Shown here piece after piece: positions 1 to 9,360 of a DNA stretch of 64,000 nucleotides. The stretch lies in assembly GCA_947473325.1 (NCBI GenBank), contig CANJEJ010000003.1, positions 9,372-73,371 of the forward strand. Reading direction: 5' to 3'. Both the position numbers and the translations under genes were made by a program. Each line of letters starts with the position of its first letter. The stretch's first letter is position 1. The notes below the pieces were generated by a model that worked only from the letters and a program-made list of their open reading frames with translations, searched no databases and was not told where the DNA came from. This stretch comes from Alphaproteobacteria bacterium. Lineage in GTDB: Bacteria; Pseudomonadota; Alphaproteobacteria; SHVP01.

Positions 1-125
1 GCTGAGTGTCGGCCCTCCTGACCCGGTCGCCGACATGGGGCAGTTCCCCCAGTCCCTATGTCACCAAGGCGGCCGGGTCAATTTTCCCCCTCGGCCCGGG
101 GCCGGCACGATCCTCTCTTGGACGG

Positions 126-156
126 ACAAAAGCCCTGCTCCCCCGCAGGGCTTTTG
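126..156. terminator. Bidirectional GC-rich hairpin (aaagccctg...cagggcttt) flanked by T/A runs, just downstream of the minus-strand GST gene
   Basis: Inverted repeat 'aaaagccctgctcccccgcagggcttttg' read directly from the sequence, followed by 'ttgttcgttt'. Confidence 0.5.
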
Positions 157-161
157 TTCGT

Positions 162-833
162 TTACTCCGCGGCCGCCTTCTGCGGCAGGGCATAGGCCGC
201 CGCGCGCTTGATGTAGAAGTCGGCCGAATTGGCGATGGACTTCACCGAGGGCCGCTCGCGCATCGCCGCGATCCAGGCCTTCAGCCGCACGCAGTCGTCG
301 GGAATGCGGTAGCCGCGATAGTGCTCGATGTTGCAGAAGCGCTCGAACGACGGGTAATAGGCCACGTCGACCAGCGTGACGCCTTCCGCCATCCAGTACG
401 GCCCCGGCCCCATCTTGGCGAAGCCTTCCGTCTCCATGAAGCGCAGGTGCGCATCGAGCTCGGCCCGCAGCTTCACTTGCGTTTCGGTGTCCTGCGCGCG
501 CAGGTAGCCATGCGTGGTGACGTTGAGCCGCGTGTTGCAGAAGTCGATCCAGACACGGGCGAGGGCGCGGCGCGCCGGGTCCTTTGGCATCATCGGCGGG
601 TTGGGGAACACCTCGTCGATATATTCGTTCACGATCGCCGATTCGTAGACGATGTCCTTGCCGACGCGTACCGACGGCACCTTGCCATAGGGCGAGACGT
701 CCTTGAACCAGCTTGGCTTGTTCTTGAGGTCGATCTCGGTCAGCGTGAAATCAACGCCCTTTTCCAGCAGCGCGAGCCGTGTGCGATGCGCATAGGGGCA
801 CACTTCGGCGCTGAAGATTTCCACTTGGGCCAT
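162..833 (-). CDS. Glutathione S-transferase
   Basis: ORF-track protein MAQVEIFSAEVCPYAHRTRLALLEKGVDF... has a thioredoxin-like GST N-terminal fold. A GGAAGGA SD precedes the ATG at 833; an alternative start is at 848. Confidence 0.8.
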   Translation of the reverse strand: MAQVEIFSAEVCPYAHRTRLALLEKGVDFTLTEIDLKNKPSWFKDVSPYGKVPSVRVGKDIVYESAIVNEYIDEVFPNPPMMPKDPARRALARVWIDFCNTRLNVTTHGYLRAQDTETQVKLRAELDAHLRFMETEGFAKMGPGPYWMAEGVTLVDVAYYPSFERFCNIEHYRGYRIPDDCVRLKAWIAAMRERPSVKSIANSADFYIKRAAAYALPQKAAAE

Positions 834-958
834 GGTCCGTCCTTCCATTCCGTCTGGATCGTCGCGCCATCCCCGCTAGGATGGCACCTGTTCCCCGCAG
901 CCTAGCAAAGCCGGCGGGGGGCGCGCGAATCTCCTGCACAGGACCCGTCCCGCCCACC

Positions 959-1828
959 ATGTGTTCCGATCGCGTCACCGCCGTGACCGTCGCCTACAAC
1001 AGCGGCCATGCCATCGCTGGCTGCCTGGAGTCGGTGCGCGGCTGCGCCCTGGTCGTGGTCGACAACGCGAGCCAGGACGACACCCAGGCCATCGTGCGGG
1101 AGGGATTCCCGGAGGCCCGCATCGTCGCCAACGCCGTCAACGAAGGCTTTGGCCGCGCCAACAACCGCGGCTGCGCGCTGGCCACGACCGACTATGTGCT
1201 GTTCATCAACCCCGATGCCCGGCTGGCGCCCGGAAGCCTCGACAGGCTGCTGGAAGCCGCCGTGCGGCATCCGGAAGCGGCCCTGATCGCGCCGCGCATC
1301 GTGCGGCCCGGCGGCCGGGTCGAGATCAGCCATGATGTCGACCTGTGGCGGCGCGTCGACATGCCGCCCGGCCCGGCGCCGGAGCCCGAGGGCGAAATCT
1401 GCGCCGACTTCCTGTCGGGCGCTGTCTTCCTGCTGCGGCGGTCGGCACTTAAGGGAAATCCACCCTTCGACCCTGCCATCTTCCTCTATTACGAGGATGA
1501 CGACCTGTGCCAGCGCCTGCGCCGCGAGGGCCATGCCCTGATCCAGGTGCCAGAGGCGATCGCAGAACATGTCGGCGGCGGCGCGTCACGGCCGAGCTGG
1601 CGCATCACCTGGCGCAAGTTCTGGCACATGGCCTGGTCGCGCCTCTACCTCGAGGAAAAATATTTCGGCGGGACGGCGGCGGCGAAGACGGGCGTTGCCC
1701 ATTTGCTGCGCTTCGGACCGAAGGCCATCGGCTATGCGCTGATCCTCAACCGCAAGAAGGCGCTGCGCGATGCTGCGCGCTATGCCGGTACCTTCGCCTA
1801 TCTGGTCGGCGTCAGGGCGATCCGGTAG
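959..1828 (+). CDS. Family 2 glycosyltransferase (rhamnosyltransferase-like)
   Basis: VTAVTVAYNSGHAIAGCLESV...VVVDNASQDDT motif typical of GT2. Adjacent to rmlD/rmlC. Start chosen at the internal Met of ORF 881..1828. Confidence 0.7.
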   Translation: MCSDRVTAVTVAYNSGHAIAGCLESVRGCALVVVDNASQDDTQAIVREGFPEARIVANAVNEGFGRANNRGCALATTDYVLFINPDARLAPGSLDRLLEAAVRHPEAALIAPRIVRPGGRVEISHDVDLWRRVDMPPGPAPEPEGEICADFLSGAVFLLRRSALKGNPPFDPAIFLYYEDDDLCQRLRREGHALIQVPEAIAEHVGGGASRPSWRITWRKFWHMAWSRLYLEEKYFGGTAAAKTGVAHLLRFGPKAIGYALILNRKKALRDAARYAGTFAYLVGVRAIR

Positions 1829-1835
1829 GCGGAAC

Positions 1836-2786
1836 TCAGCCCGGCCCGCTGGTCAGGCACTCGCGCAGCTGGTCGCGCCACTCGGGCATGATGAGGGAGA
1901 AGGTCTCCTGCATCGCGCGGGTGTCCAGCACCGAGACCGCCGGCCGTTGGGCCTTGGTGGGATAGTCGGCCGTCGCGATCGCCTTCACCGGCGGCAGCGC
2001 CTTGCCCGCGGGCCAGTCGCGCGCGCCCGTGTCCATCGCGGCGACGATCGCCTCGGCAAAGCCATGCCAGCTCACCTCGCCGCCCGCCGCGAGGTGATAG
2101 GTGCCGGCACGCTCGGCAATCGCGTCGGCGGTGAGATGTGCTGCCGTCTTGCGCACGAGTTCGTTGGTCGCCCGGGCGATCGCGCGCGACCAGGTGGGCG
2201 TGCCGATCTGGTCGGCAACCACGCTGAGCGCGTCGCGCTCGCGTGCCAGCCGCTGCATCGTCAGCAGGAAGTTGCGGCCGCGCCGGCCATAGACCCAGCT
2301 GGTGCGCAGGATCAGATAGGCGGGATCGGCCGCGCCGACGGCGAGTTCACCGCGCAGCTTGCTGCGGCCATAGACGTTGAGCGGCGCGGCGCGATCGGTC
2401 TCGCGATAGGCGCGCCGGCCGTCCGGCGTGAGGCGGCGACCGGTTCCGCCCGCGCCGTCGAAGACATAGTCGGTAGAAAAGTGAATGAGCGCGATGCCGC
2501 GCGCCCTGGCCTCCTGCGCCAGCAGGCCGGGAAATTCGGCGTTGAGGTCCATCGCGCGTTCCTCATCCTCTTCCGCCCTTTCCACGTCCGTATAGGCGGC
2601 GGCGTTGACGATGAGGGAAGGCTTGCTCAGGCGCAGGAAGGCGCGTACCGAGTCGGGATCGTAGAGATCGACCTCGGTGCGCGGCGGCGCCAACACCGGC
2701 CACCAGGGCGCGATCTGCAACCGCGTTTCACGCCCAACCTGGCCGGTCCCGCCAAACAGGACAATCGGTTGCTCCTGCTCGCTCAT
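1836..2786 (-). CDS. rmlD: dTDP-4-dehydrorhamnose reductase
   Basis: N-terminal Rossmann motif LFGGTGQVG, ~300 aa, and 4-bp overlap with rmlC. Confidence 0.85.
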   Translation of the reverse strand: MSEQEQPIVLFGGTGQVGRETRLQIAPWWPVLAPPRTEVDLYDPDSVRAFLRLSKPSLIVNAAAYTDVERAEEDEERAMDLNAEFPGLLAQEARARGIALIHFSTDYVFDGAGGTGRRLTPDGRRAYRETDRAAPLNVYGRSKLRGELAVGAADPAYLILRTSWVYGRRGRNFLLTMQRLARERDALSVVADQIGTPTWSRAIARATNELVRKTAAHLTADAIAERAGTYHLAAGGEVSWHGFAEAIVAAMDTGARDWPAGKALPPVKAIATADYPTKAQRPAVSVLDTRAMQETFSLIMPEWRDQLRECLTSGPG

Positions 2787-3337
2787 GCAAAGGCCGGCAG
2801 GCGGGTTTCGGGCATGTCACGCAAGCGCAAGCCCGCCATGTCCTTGTTCGACAGGATCGGTTCATCCGCCGGCCAGGGAATACCAAGGTCAGGATCGTTC
2901 CACAACACCGTGAGCTCGTCCGCCGGGCTGTAGAAATCCGTCACCTTGTAAGCGAACAGCGCGGCGTCCGACGTGACGCAGAAGCCATGCGCGAAACCGG
3001 CAGGCACGTAAAGCACCTGGTGATCATCGGCATGCAGGGTCACGGCATACCAGCGGCCGAATTGCGGCGAGCCACGCCGCACGTCGACGACGACGTCATA
3101 GATCGTGCCGACCAGCACATGGACAAGCTTCGCCTGGCCATGCGGATGCTGCAGATGCAGGCCGCGCAACACGCCACGCCGCGAGGACGAAACATTGTCC
3201 TGCACAAAAGTGTCATGGATGCCTGCATCGGCAAGACGGCGGGCGTTGTAGGGTTCGAAGAAGTGGCCACGCGAATCGCCGAAGACCTGCGGGGACAGCA
3301 GCAGGACGCCAGGGAGTTCCGTGGGAGTCACCTTCAT
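2783..3337 (-). CDS. rmlC: dTDP-4-dehydrorhamnose 3,5-epimerase
   Basis: MKVTPTELPGVLLLSPQVFGDSRGHFFE...LRGLHLQ cupin signature of RmlC. Confidence 0.85.
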   Translation of the reverse strand: MKVTPTELPGVLLLSPQVFGDSRGHFFEPYNARRLADAGIHDTFVQDNVSSSRRGVLRGLHLQHPHGQAKLVHVLVGTIYDVVVDVRRGSPQFGRWYAVTLHADDHQVLYVPAGFAHGFCVTSDAALFAYKVTDFYSPADELTVLWNDPDLGIPWPADEPILSNKDMAGLRLRDMPETRLPAFA

Positions 3338-3402
3338 GCCACACTCTTTGCCTTGGTCCGCGCGGGACCAAGGGTTTAACACCACAGACGCAGGACCGCC
3401 AC

Positions 3403-5790
3403 ATGCGCCGCAGCCTGATCGTGCTGAAATGGATGGGGCTGACGCTAGGCGGCGTGCTGCTGGGCCTGGTCCTCGCCATCGCCGGACTGGGCCTGTGGCT
3501 GACGCAATCGCTGCCCCACATTGATGGGCCGGCGCAGGTCGCCGGACTCTCGGCCCCGGCCGAGGTGATTCGCGACCGCAACGGCGTCGCCCATATCCGC
3601 GCGACGAGCGAGGCCGACGGGTATTTCACGCTGGGTTTTGTCCACGCCCAGGACCGGCTGTTCCAGATGGACCTGTACCGCCGGATCGGCGCCGGACGGC
3701 TGGCGGAACTGGTGGGAGCACCTGCCCTGCCCGCCGACCGCATCCTGCGCACGCTGGGCATTTACCGGCTTGCCGAGAAGCAGGTGGCGACGCTGTCACC
3801 CGATCTGCGCCTTGCCGTCACCGCCTACACCGCCGGCGTGAATGCTTTCATCGCCCAGCACCAGGGCCCATGGCCACCCGAATTCACGCTGCTGTTCTAC
3901 CGGCCCGAACCGTGGACGCCCGCGGACTCGCTGGTGCTGGGCAAGCTGCTTGCGCTCATGCTGGGTGGCAACTGGACGGAAGAGCTGCGCCGTGCGGCGC
4001 TGCTCGACCGCCTGCCAGCCGAATCGGTCGAGTTCTTCCTGCCGACGGCGCCGGATGGGCCGCTGCGCCTGACCGGGCAGCCCAGTGGCACCGGCGAAAT
4101 GGCAACGGCGCTACTCGCCGCTGTGCCCGCCTTCCTGCATCCGCGCCGCGCCTCCAATGCCTGGGCCGTCACCGGCACGCGCACGGCGAGCGGCGCGCCG
4201 ATCCTCGCGAGCGATCCGCATCTTGGTTTCACCGCACCTGGCATCTGGTATCCGGTGCGGCTGACAACCCCGAAGCACGTCGTGACGGGTGCCACCTTGC
4301 CCGGTTTGCCGCTGCACTTGCTTGGGCATAACGGGTCGGTTGCCTGGGGCCTCACGACCACCTATGGCGACCAGACGGACCTGTTTGTCGAGACCGTCGA
4401 CGCGGCAGACGCGCAACTCTATGCGACACCGGATGGGCCACGGCCCTTCGCGACTCGCAACGAGACGATCCGCGTGCGCTTTGGCCAGGACATCGCGATG
4501 ACGGTGCGGGAGACGCGTCATGGGCCCGTCGTCTCGGACGTTCTGCCCAATGCGTCCGCACAGGCGGGCCAGGGCCGTGTCATGGCGCTGTCTGCCGTTG
4601 CGCTGCAGGAAGGCGACCGCACGCCCGAAGCCCTGCTGGGCATGAATCGCGCCACCGATGCCGACAGCTTTCGTGCCGCCCTGCGCAATTTCCACACGCC
4701 ACAGCAAAACGTGTTCTTTGCCGACCGTTTCGGCAGCATCGGCTTTGTCGCCGCCGCACGCGTACCGCTGCGCAAGGCAGACCGCGGGCTGGTGCCCGGC
4801 AATGGTGCCAGCGGCGCACAGGACTGGACCGGCTTCCTTGACTTCGACGCGCTGCCGCAGGCGCTGGATCCGCCATCGGGGCAGATTTACAACGGCAACA
4901 ACCGGGTGGTGGACGACGACTATCCGCATTTCATCGGCGCCGACTGGGACCTGAACTATCGCGCCGAGCGGATTGCCGAGTTGCTGGCCGAAGTCGAGCG
5001 GCCGCGCGCCGACGACCATGCCCGAATGCAGGTCGATACCTTGTCGCCGATGGCGCGCGACCTGCTGCCCCTGCTGCTGCGCGCGATGAATGAGGTCGAC
5101 ACGCTGTCGCCCGCAGCCCGGAATGCCGTCACGCGCCTGCATGGCTGGGACCACGGGATGGATCGCGCGCGGGGAGAGCCGCTGCTTTTCAGCGCCTGGA
5201 TGCGCGCGCTGGCGGCCCGGCTGTTCGCCGACGAGATGGGGGGCGCCTTCAACGCCGGCCAATGGCCGCGCCAGATCCGCGCCGCCCTGACAGACGCGCC
5301 GCGCTGGTGCGATGATATCCGTACCCCTGCCGCCGAAACCTGCCCCGCGCAGGTCGCGGGGGCGCTGGACGATGCCATCGCTTCCCTGACGGCCACCTAT
5401 GGCGCCGACATGGGCAGCTGGCGCTGGGGCACCGCCCATGCCGTGCGCTTCACGCATCCGGCCTTCAGTTTCATCCCCGGGCTCGGGCGTCTGCTGGGCA
5501 TCGAGCTCGACAGCGACGGCGGCAACTACACGCTGAAACGGGGCGGCTTCAGTGGCAGCGGCGCCCGCTTTCCGAATGGCCATGGCGCGTCCTACCGCGC
5601 CGTCTATGACCTCGGGAACCTCGATGATTCGCGCTATGCCTATGCGCCCGGCGCGTCAGGCAATCCGTATAGCCGCTGGTTCAGCGACCAGGCGCCCCTG
5701 TGGCGCGACGGGCTTTATTTCCGCATCCCGGCCACGCCGGAAGACGCCCGGCGCGATGCGCGCGGCGTGCTCGCGCTCACACCCCGCTGA
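3403..5790 (+). CDS. Penicillin amidase / acyl-homoserine-lactone acylase family (peptidase S45, Ntn hydrolase)
   Basis: N-terminal TM/signal segment, SNAWAV nucleophile motif and 795-aa size typical of PvdQ/QuiP-type acylases. Confidence 0.85.
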   Translation: MRRSLIVLKWMGLTLGGVLLGLVLAIAGLGLWLTQSLPHIDGPAQVAGLSAPAEVIRDRNGVAHIRATSEADGYFTLGFVHAQDRLFQMDLYRRIGAGRLAELVGAPALPADRILRTLGIYRLAEKQVATLSPDLRLAVTAYTAGVNAFIAQHQGPWPPEFTLLFYRPEPWTPADSLVLGKLLALMLGGNWTEELRRAALLDRLPAESVEFFLPTAPDGPLRLTGQPSGTGEMATALLAAVPAFLHPRRASNAWAVTGTRTASGAPILASDPHLGFTAPGIWYPVRLTTPKHVVTGATLPGLPLHLLGHNGSVAWGLTTTYGDQTDLFVETVDAADAQLYATPDGPRPFATRNETIRVRFGQDIAMTVRETRHGPVVSDVLPNASAQAGQGRVMALSAVALQEGDRTPEALLGMNRATDADSFRAALRNFHTPQQNVFFADRFGSIGFVAAARVPLRKADRGLVPGNGASGAQDWTGFLDFDALPQALDPPSGQIYNGNNRVVDDDYPHFIGADWDLNYRAERIAELLAEVERPRADDHARMQVDTLSPMARDLLPLLLRAMNEVDTLSPAARNAVTRLHGWDHGMDRARGEPLLFSAWMRALAARLFADEMGGAFNAGQWPRQIRAALTDAPRWCDDIRTPAAETCPAQVAGALDDAIASLTATYGADMGSWRWGTAHAVRFTHPAFSFIPGLGRLLGIELDSDGGNYTLKRGGFSGSGARFPNGHGASYRAVYDLGNLDDSRYAYAPGASGNPYSRWFSDQAPLWRDGLYFRIPATPEDARRDARGVLALTPR

Positions 5791-5799
5791 ATTTCCAGA

Positions 5800-5812
5800 A
5801 GAAGTTAGTATA
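5800..5812 (+). promoter_or_regulatory. Putative sigma70 -10 box (TATAAT in 'gttagtataatcc') ~25 nt upstream of the MBL-hydrolase ATG, with a GGGAGGGG SD
   Basis: Perfect TATAAT hexamer in a high-GC intergenic region. Confidence 0.3.
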
Positions 5813-5835
5813 ATCCCGCAAAACCGGGAGGGGAA

Positions 5836-6699
5836 ATGCAGCCACGGGTCACCGCGTTCTTCGACGAAGCCACCTTCACCGTCTCCTATGTCGTGGCGGA
5901 ACCGGCGGGAACCGCCTGCGCGGTGATCGATCCCGTCCTGGGCTTCGACCCGAAATCCGGGCGCACCAACGCCGCCCAAGCCGACAAGATCATCGCCTTC
6001 GTGCGCGAGACCGGTCTGAAGGTACAGTGGGTGCTGGAAACCCATGTCCATGCCGACCACCTGACCGCATCGCCGCAGATCAGGCAGGCGCTGGGCGGCC
6101 GCACCGCCATCGGCAACCGCATCGGCGCAGTGCAGCAGACGTTCAAGACGCTGTTCAACTTCGGCGACTGGATGGCGACCGACGGGCGTCAGTTCGAGCA
6201 CTTGTTCGCCGACGGCGAGACCTTCAAGATCGGCGCGATGGACGTGACGGTGCTGCACACGCCAGGTCACACACCCGCCTGCGTCACCTATGTCGTCGGC
6301 GATGCTGCCTTTGTCGGCGACACGCTGTTCATGCCGGACTACGGCACCGCACGGGCGGATTTTCCCGGCGGCGATGCCGCACTGCTCTATCGGTCGATCC
6401 GCAGAATTCTCGCGCTGCCGCCGGCGACGCGACTGTTCATGTGCCACGACTATGGCCCGAACGGCCGCAACTACGCCTGGGAAACCACGGTCGCCGAGGA
6501 GAACGCCAGCAACATCCACATCAAGGCAGGCGTCAGCGAGGACGAATACGTGGCGATGCGCACCGAGCGCGACCGCAAGCTCGCGGTGCCGGTGCTGCTG
6601 CTGCCATCGGTGCAGGTGAACATGTCGGCGGGCAAGTTGCCGCCACCGGACCCGAACGGTGTCAGCTACTTGAAGATTCCAGTCAACGCCTTCAAGTAG
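5836..6699 (+). CDS. MBL-fold metallo-hydrolase (glyoxalase II / ETHE1-like)
   Basis: HVHADH metal-binding motif and 287 aa. Confidence 0.75.
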   Translation: MQPRVTAFFDEATFTVSYVVAEPAGTACAVIDPVLGFDPKSGRTNAAQADKIIAFVRETGLKVQWVLETHVHADHLTASPQIRQALGGRTAIGNRIGAVQQTFKTLFNFGDWMATDGRQFEHLFADGETFKIGAMDVTVLHTPGHTPACVTYVVGDAAFVGDTLFMPDYGTARADFPGGDAALLYRSIRRILALPPATRLFMCHDYGPNGRNYAWETTVAEENASNIHIKAGVSEDEYVAMRTERDRKLAVPVLLLPSVQVNMSAGKLPPPDPNGVSYLKIPVNAFK

Positions 6700-6742
6700 C
6701 TTTCCGCGGCTTCATGCTAGACGCAGGCTTTGCCTGCTCCTC

Positions 6743-6831
6743 GGCGTAAGGACGGGAAAAGCGAACCTCACACCGAGGGGCAACCCGAAGGTCGCGTCCC
6801 GAAGTGCAAGGTTCGCGTCATCCCTTACGCC
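6743..6831. other. Nested inverted repeats (ggcgtaagg...ccttacgcc enclosing gcgaacct...aggttcgc) between convergent genes; likely a bidirectional terminator or structured 3' element
   Basis: Complementary segments read directly from the sequence. Confidence 0.35.
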
Positions 6832-8567
6832 ACGTCCGGCGTGAAGTGAGACTTGCGGCTGGTGACGAGGTCAAGGAAGGCGATCGTCTGTACGCGCGGA
6901 TCGGTCTTCCGCACATGGCCCGCCTCCGGATCGGTCACCACGTCGGTCACCGACGTCACCTTCGAGGCCAGCGCCGCATCGATGGCGCCGCCCACTTCCG
7001 ACGGCTTGGTGATGCGCTGGGAATGACAGCCGAACGCCTTGCCGATTAGATCGTAGTGCACCTCGCCGAACTCGACGTTGACATGGCGTTGCAGCGCCAG
7101 GGTCTGACCATGCTTTTCCGTGCCCCAGGCTCCGTCATTGGAGATGAAGGTGTTGATCTTCAGTCCCGCCAGAACGGCTCCGTTGTATTCCGACGGATAG
7201 AAGCCGAAGGCGCCGTCGCCGGTGACATGGATGATCGGCCGCGGCTTGCCACCCTTCTCCTTTGCCATTTCCTTGGCGCCTGCCGCGGCGCCCAGCGCGA
7301 GCGGCGTGCCGATGCCCATGGAGCCCAACGGGTAGTGATCCATATAGCTGCGGTCGCCCTTGATCTTGATGACCGCTGTCATCCAGTTCTGGATGTCGGC
7401 ACCGTCGCCGACATAGACCGCGTCCTTCGGCATACGCTTCATCAGCTCGCGGCCGAGGCGATAGGGATGAATCGGGCCCGTTTCATTGCGTCCGAGCGAA
7501 TCGATGAATTCGAGGCGCGGCTTCAACGCGTCCTTGATCCATTTCACGCTGGTCTTCGTCTTGGCCTTGCGCTTGCGCATCGCCGCGTTGAGCGCAACCA
7601 TCGACAACATGGCATCACCCACGATCGGCAGGTCGATCGGGCGGTTGCGGCCGATTTCCTCGCCCAGCACGTCGATCTGGATGAACTTGGCATTGGGCGC
7701 GAAGCGCGGGGCCATGCCATAGCCCATGCGCTGCGTCATGCGCGAGCCGACCCAGAGCACCACGTCGGCCTGCTTTGCCGCCACCTGGGCAAGACCCCAG
7801 GACCAGCCAAGCTCGTCGTCTTCCGGCACCAGGCCGCGCCCCATGGCGTTGCCAAAGGCGGGAATGCCGAAATCCGCCGACAGCTTGCGCAGCGCGGGGC
7901 CGGCGCCCGACCATTGCGCGCCGGAGCCGACGATGATCAGCGGGCGTTTCGCCTTGTCGAGCATTTCGGCGGCGCGCTCAATCAAGGCGAGCGGCGGCGC
8001 CGGCTTGTGAATATCCGTCAGCGGCGCATCGAGCTCTTCGCCGCGTTCGACGGCTTCGGAGAAGAATTGCTGCGGCACCTGCAGCACGACCGGGCCAGGC
8101 CGGCCAGACAGCGCCGTGCGGGCGGCAACCTCGACATATTCCCGCAGGCGGTCCACCGAGTGAACGGTGCGCGACCACTTGCTGATGGAGCGGGTCAGCG
8201 CCATGGCATCATGATCGACCAGCGCCTGCGGCTCGATGCCCGCCGTGTGCGGCTCGGCGACGATGACCAGAACCGGCGAGCAGGCTTCGTATGCTGTCAG
8301 AATTCCGGAAATGGCGTTGGGTACGCCCTGATCGGAAATGATCAGGGCGACTCCGAGCTTGCCGGTGATGCGGGCATAACCGTCGGCCGCCGCCACGGTC
8401 GCCGTCTCGTGGCGATTCGAGATGATGCCGAAGTCGTCCTTGTCCAGTGCGTCGAGCAGGTGGGTATGGGAGGCGCCGGCCAGCGAGAAGACCGTGTTGA
8501 TGCCGTACTTCTTCAGGGTGCGGCTGACCACCATGCCGCCCGTGAGCTTGTTACTGCCCCGTGCCAT
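6825..8567 (-). CDS. Thiamine-pyrophosphate-dependent enzyme (acetolactate synthase / sulfoacetaldehyde acetyltransferase-like)
   Basis: N-terminal TPP-enzyme Pyr domain (GINTVFSLAGASHTHLLDAL), ~580 aa. Start taken at the internal MARGSNKL. Confidence 0.75.
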   Translation of the reverse strand: MARGSNKLTGGMVVSRTLKKYGINTVFSLAGASHTHLLDALDKDDFGIISNRHETATVAAADGYARITGKLGVALIISDQGVPNAISGILTAYEACSPVLVIVAEPHTAGIEPQALVDHDAMALTRSISKWSRTVHSVDRLREYVEVAARTALSGRPGPVVLQVPQQFFSEAVERGEELDAPLTDIHKPAPPLALIERAAEMLDKAKRPLIIVGSGAQWSGAGPALRKLSADFGIPAFGNAMGRGLVPEDDELGWSWGLAQVAAKQADVVLWVGSRMTQRMGYGMAPRFAPNAKFIQIDVLGEEIGRNRPIDLPIVGDAMLSMVALNAAMRKRKAKTKTSVKWIKDALKPRLEFIDSLGRNETGPIHPYRLGRELMKRMPKDAVYVGDGADIQNWMTAVIKIKGDRSYMDHYPLGSMGIGTPLALGAAAGAKEMAKEKGGKPRPIIHVTGDGAFGFYPSEYNGAVLAGLKINTFISNDGAWGTEKHGQTLALQRHVNVEFGEVHYDLIGKAFGCHSQRITKPSEVGGAIDAALASKVTSVTDVVTDPEAGHVRKTDPRVQTIAFLDLVTSRKSHFTPDVA

Positions 8568-8638
8568 TGAAATCCTCCAGACAGAAAATCGCGGACCGGC
8601 GTCCGTTCGGAAAAAAGGGTATGGGTGTGGCTGTTGCT

Positions 8639-9205
8639 CTAGCCGATCAGCTTGCCACCGACCAGCGCAATCGCCTCGATCTCGATCATCAACTCGGGCA
8701 GGCCGAGCGCGCCGACTTCGACGATGGTGTCGGCCGGCCAAGGGCGCTTGAAATACTTGCCGCGCGCATCGACGATCTTGGGAAAGTGCTTCATGTCGGT
8801 CAGGTAGATGTTGACCTTGACCACCTGCTCCATCGACGAGCCGGCAGCCTTCAGTACCGTCTTCAGGTTGGCGAACACCTGCTTGAGCTGGGCGTCGAAA
8901 TTGCCCTTGCCGACCACCGCCCCGGTCTTGAGGTCGAGCGAGGCCTGGCCCGACAGGAACACGAGGTTGCCGACCTGGTAGCCGAGCGCAATCCTGAAGC
9001 CGTCATAGATATCGGGCTTGAGCGTGATGCGCCGGGCATTGCGCCCGACCGCCCCAAGGCTCGTGGTCGGCCGCGTGCGCGACACCACGTTCCGCGCCGC
9101 CCGCGGCCGGGCCACCGCCTTGCGGACCGGGACCGCCTTGCGGGCGGGCGCCGCCTTGCGCGCCTTCGCGGGCTTGCGCCCCGTCTTATTAGCCTTGCGT
9201 GCCAT
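8639..9205 (-). CDS. RidA/YjgF family protein with a lysine/alanine/proline-rich N-terminal tail
   Basis: C-terminal RidA domain (GNLVFLSGQASLD...IEIEAIAL) preceded in frame by KPAKARKAAPARKAVPVRKAVARPR. Confidence 0.65.
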   Translation of the reverse strand: MARKANKTGRKPAKARKAAPARKAVPVRKAVARPRAARNVVSRTRPTTSLGAVGRNARRITLKPDIYDGFRIALGYQVGNLVFLSGQASLDLKTGAVVGKGNFDAQLKQVFANLKTVLKAAGSSMEQVVKVNIYLTDMKHFPKIVDARGKYFKRPWPADTIVEVGALGLPELMIEIEAIALVGGKLIG

Positions 9206-9360
9206 GCCGACCTCCCCGTCGCAGCAATTTGGGCCAAGATAGCGCCGGATTGCCGGGTCCGCGCAATGGGCACGGCACAACTGCCCATGGACCGTGCACA
9301 GGCTTGCGCCTAAAGTTTCGCTACAGCGGCCTCCAGCCGCCTGAACGAGAGGATTCCTTC

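Noticed and set aside
4111-5583. 490-aa minus-strand ORF
   Set aside because: Antisense to the Ntn-hydrolase acylase gene.
7056-8570. 504-aa plus-strand ORF
   Set aside because: Antisense to the TPP enzyme gene.
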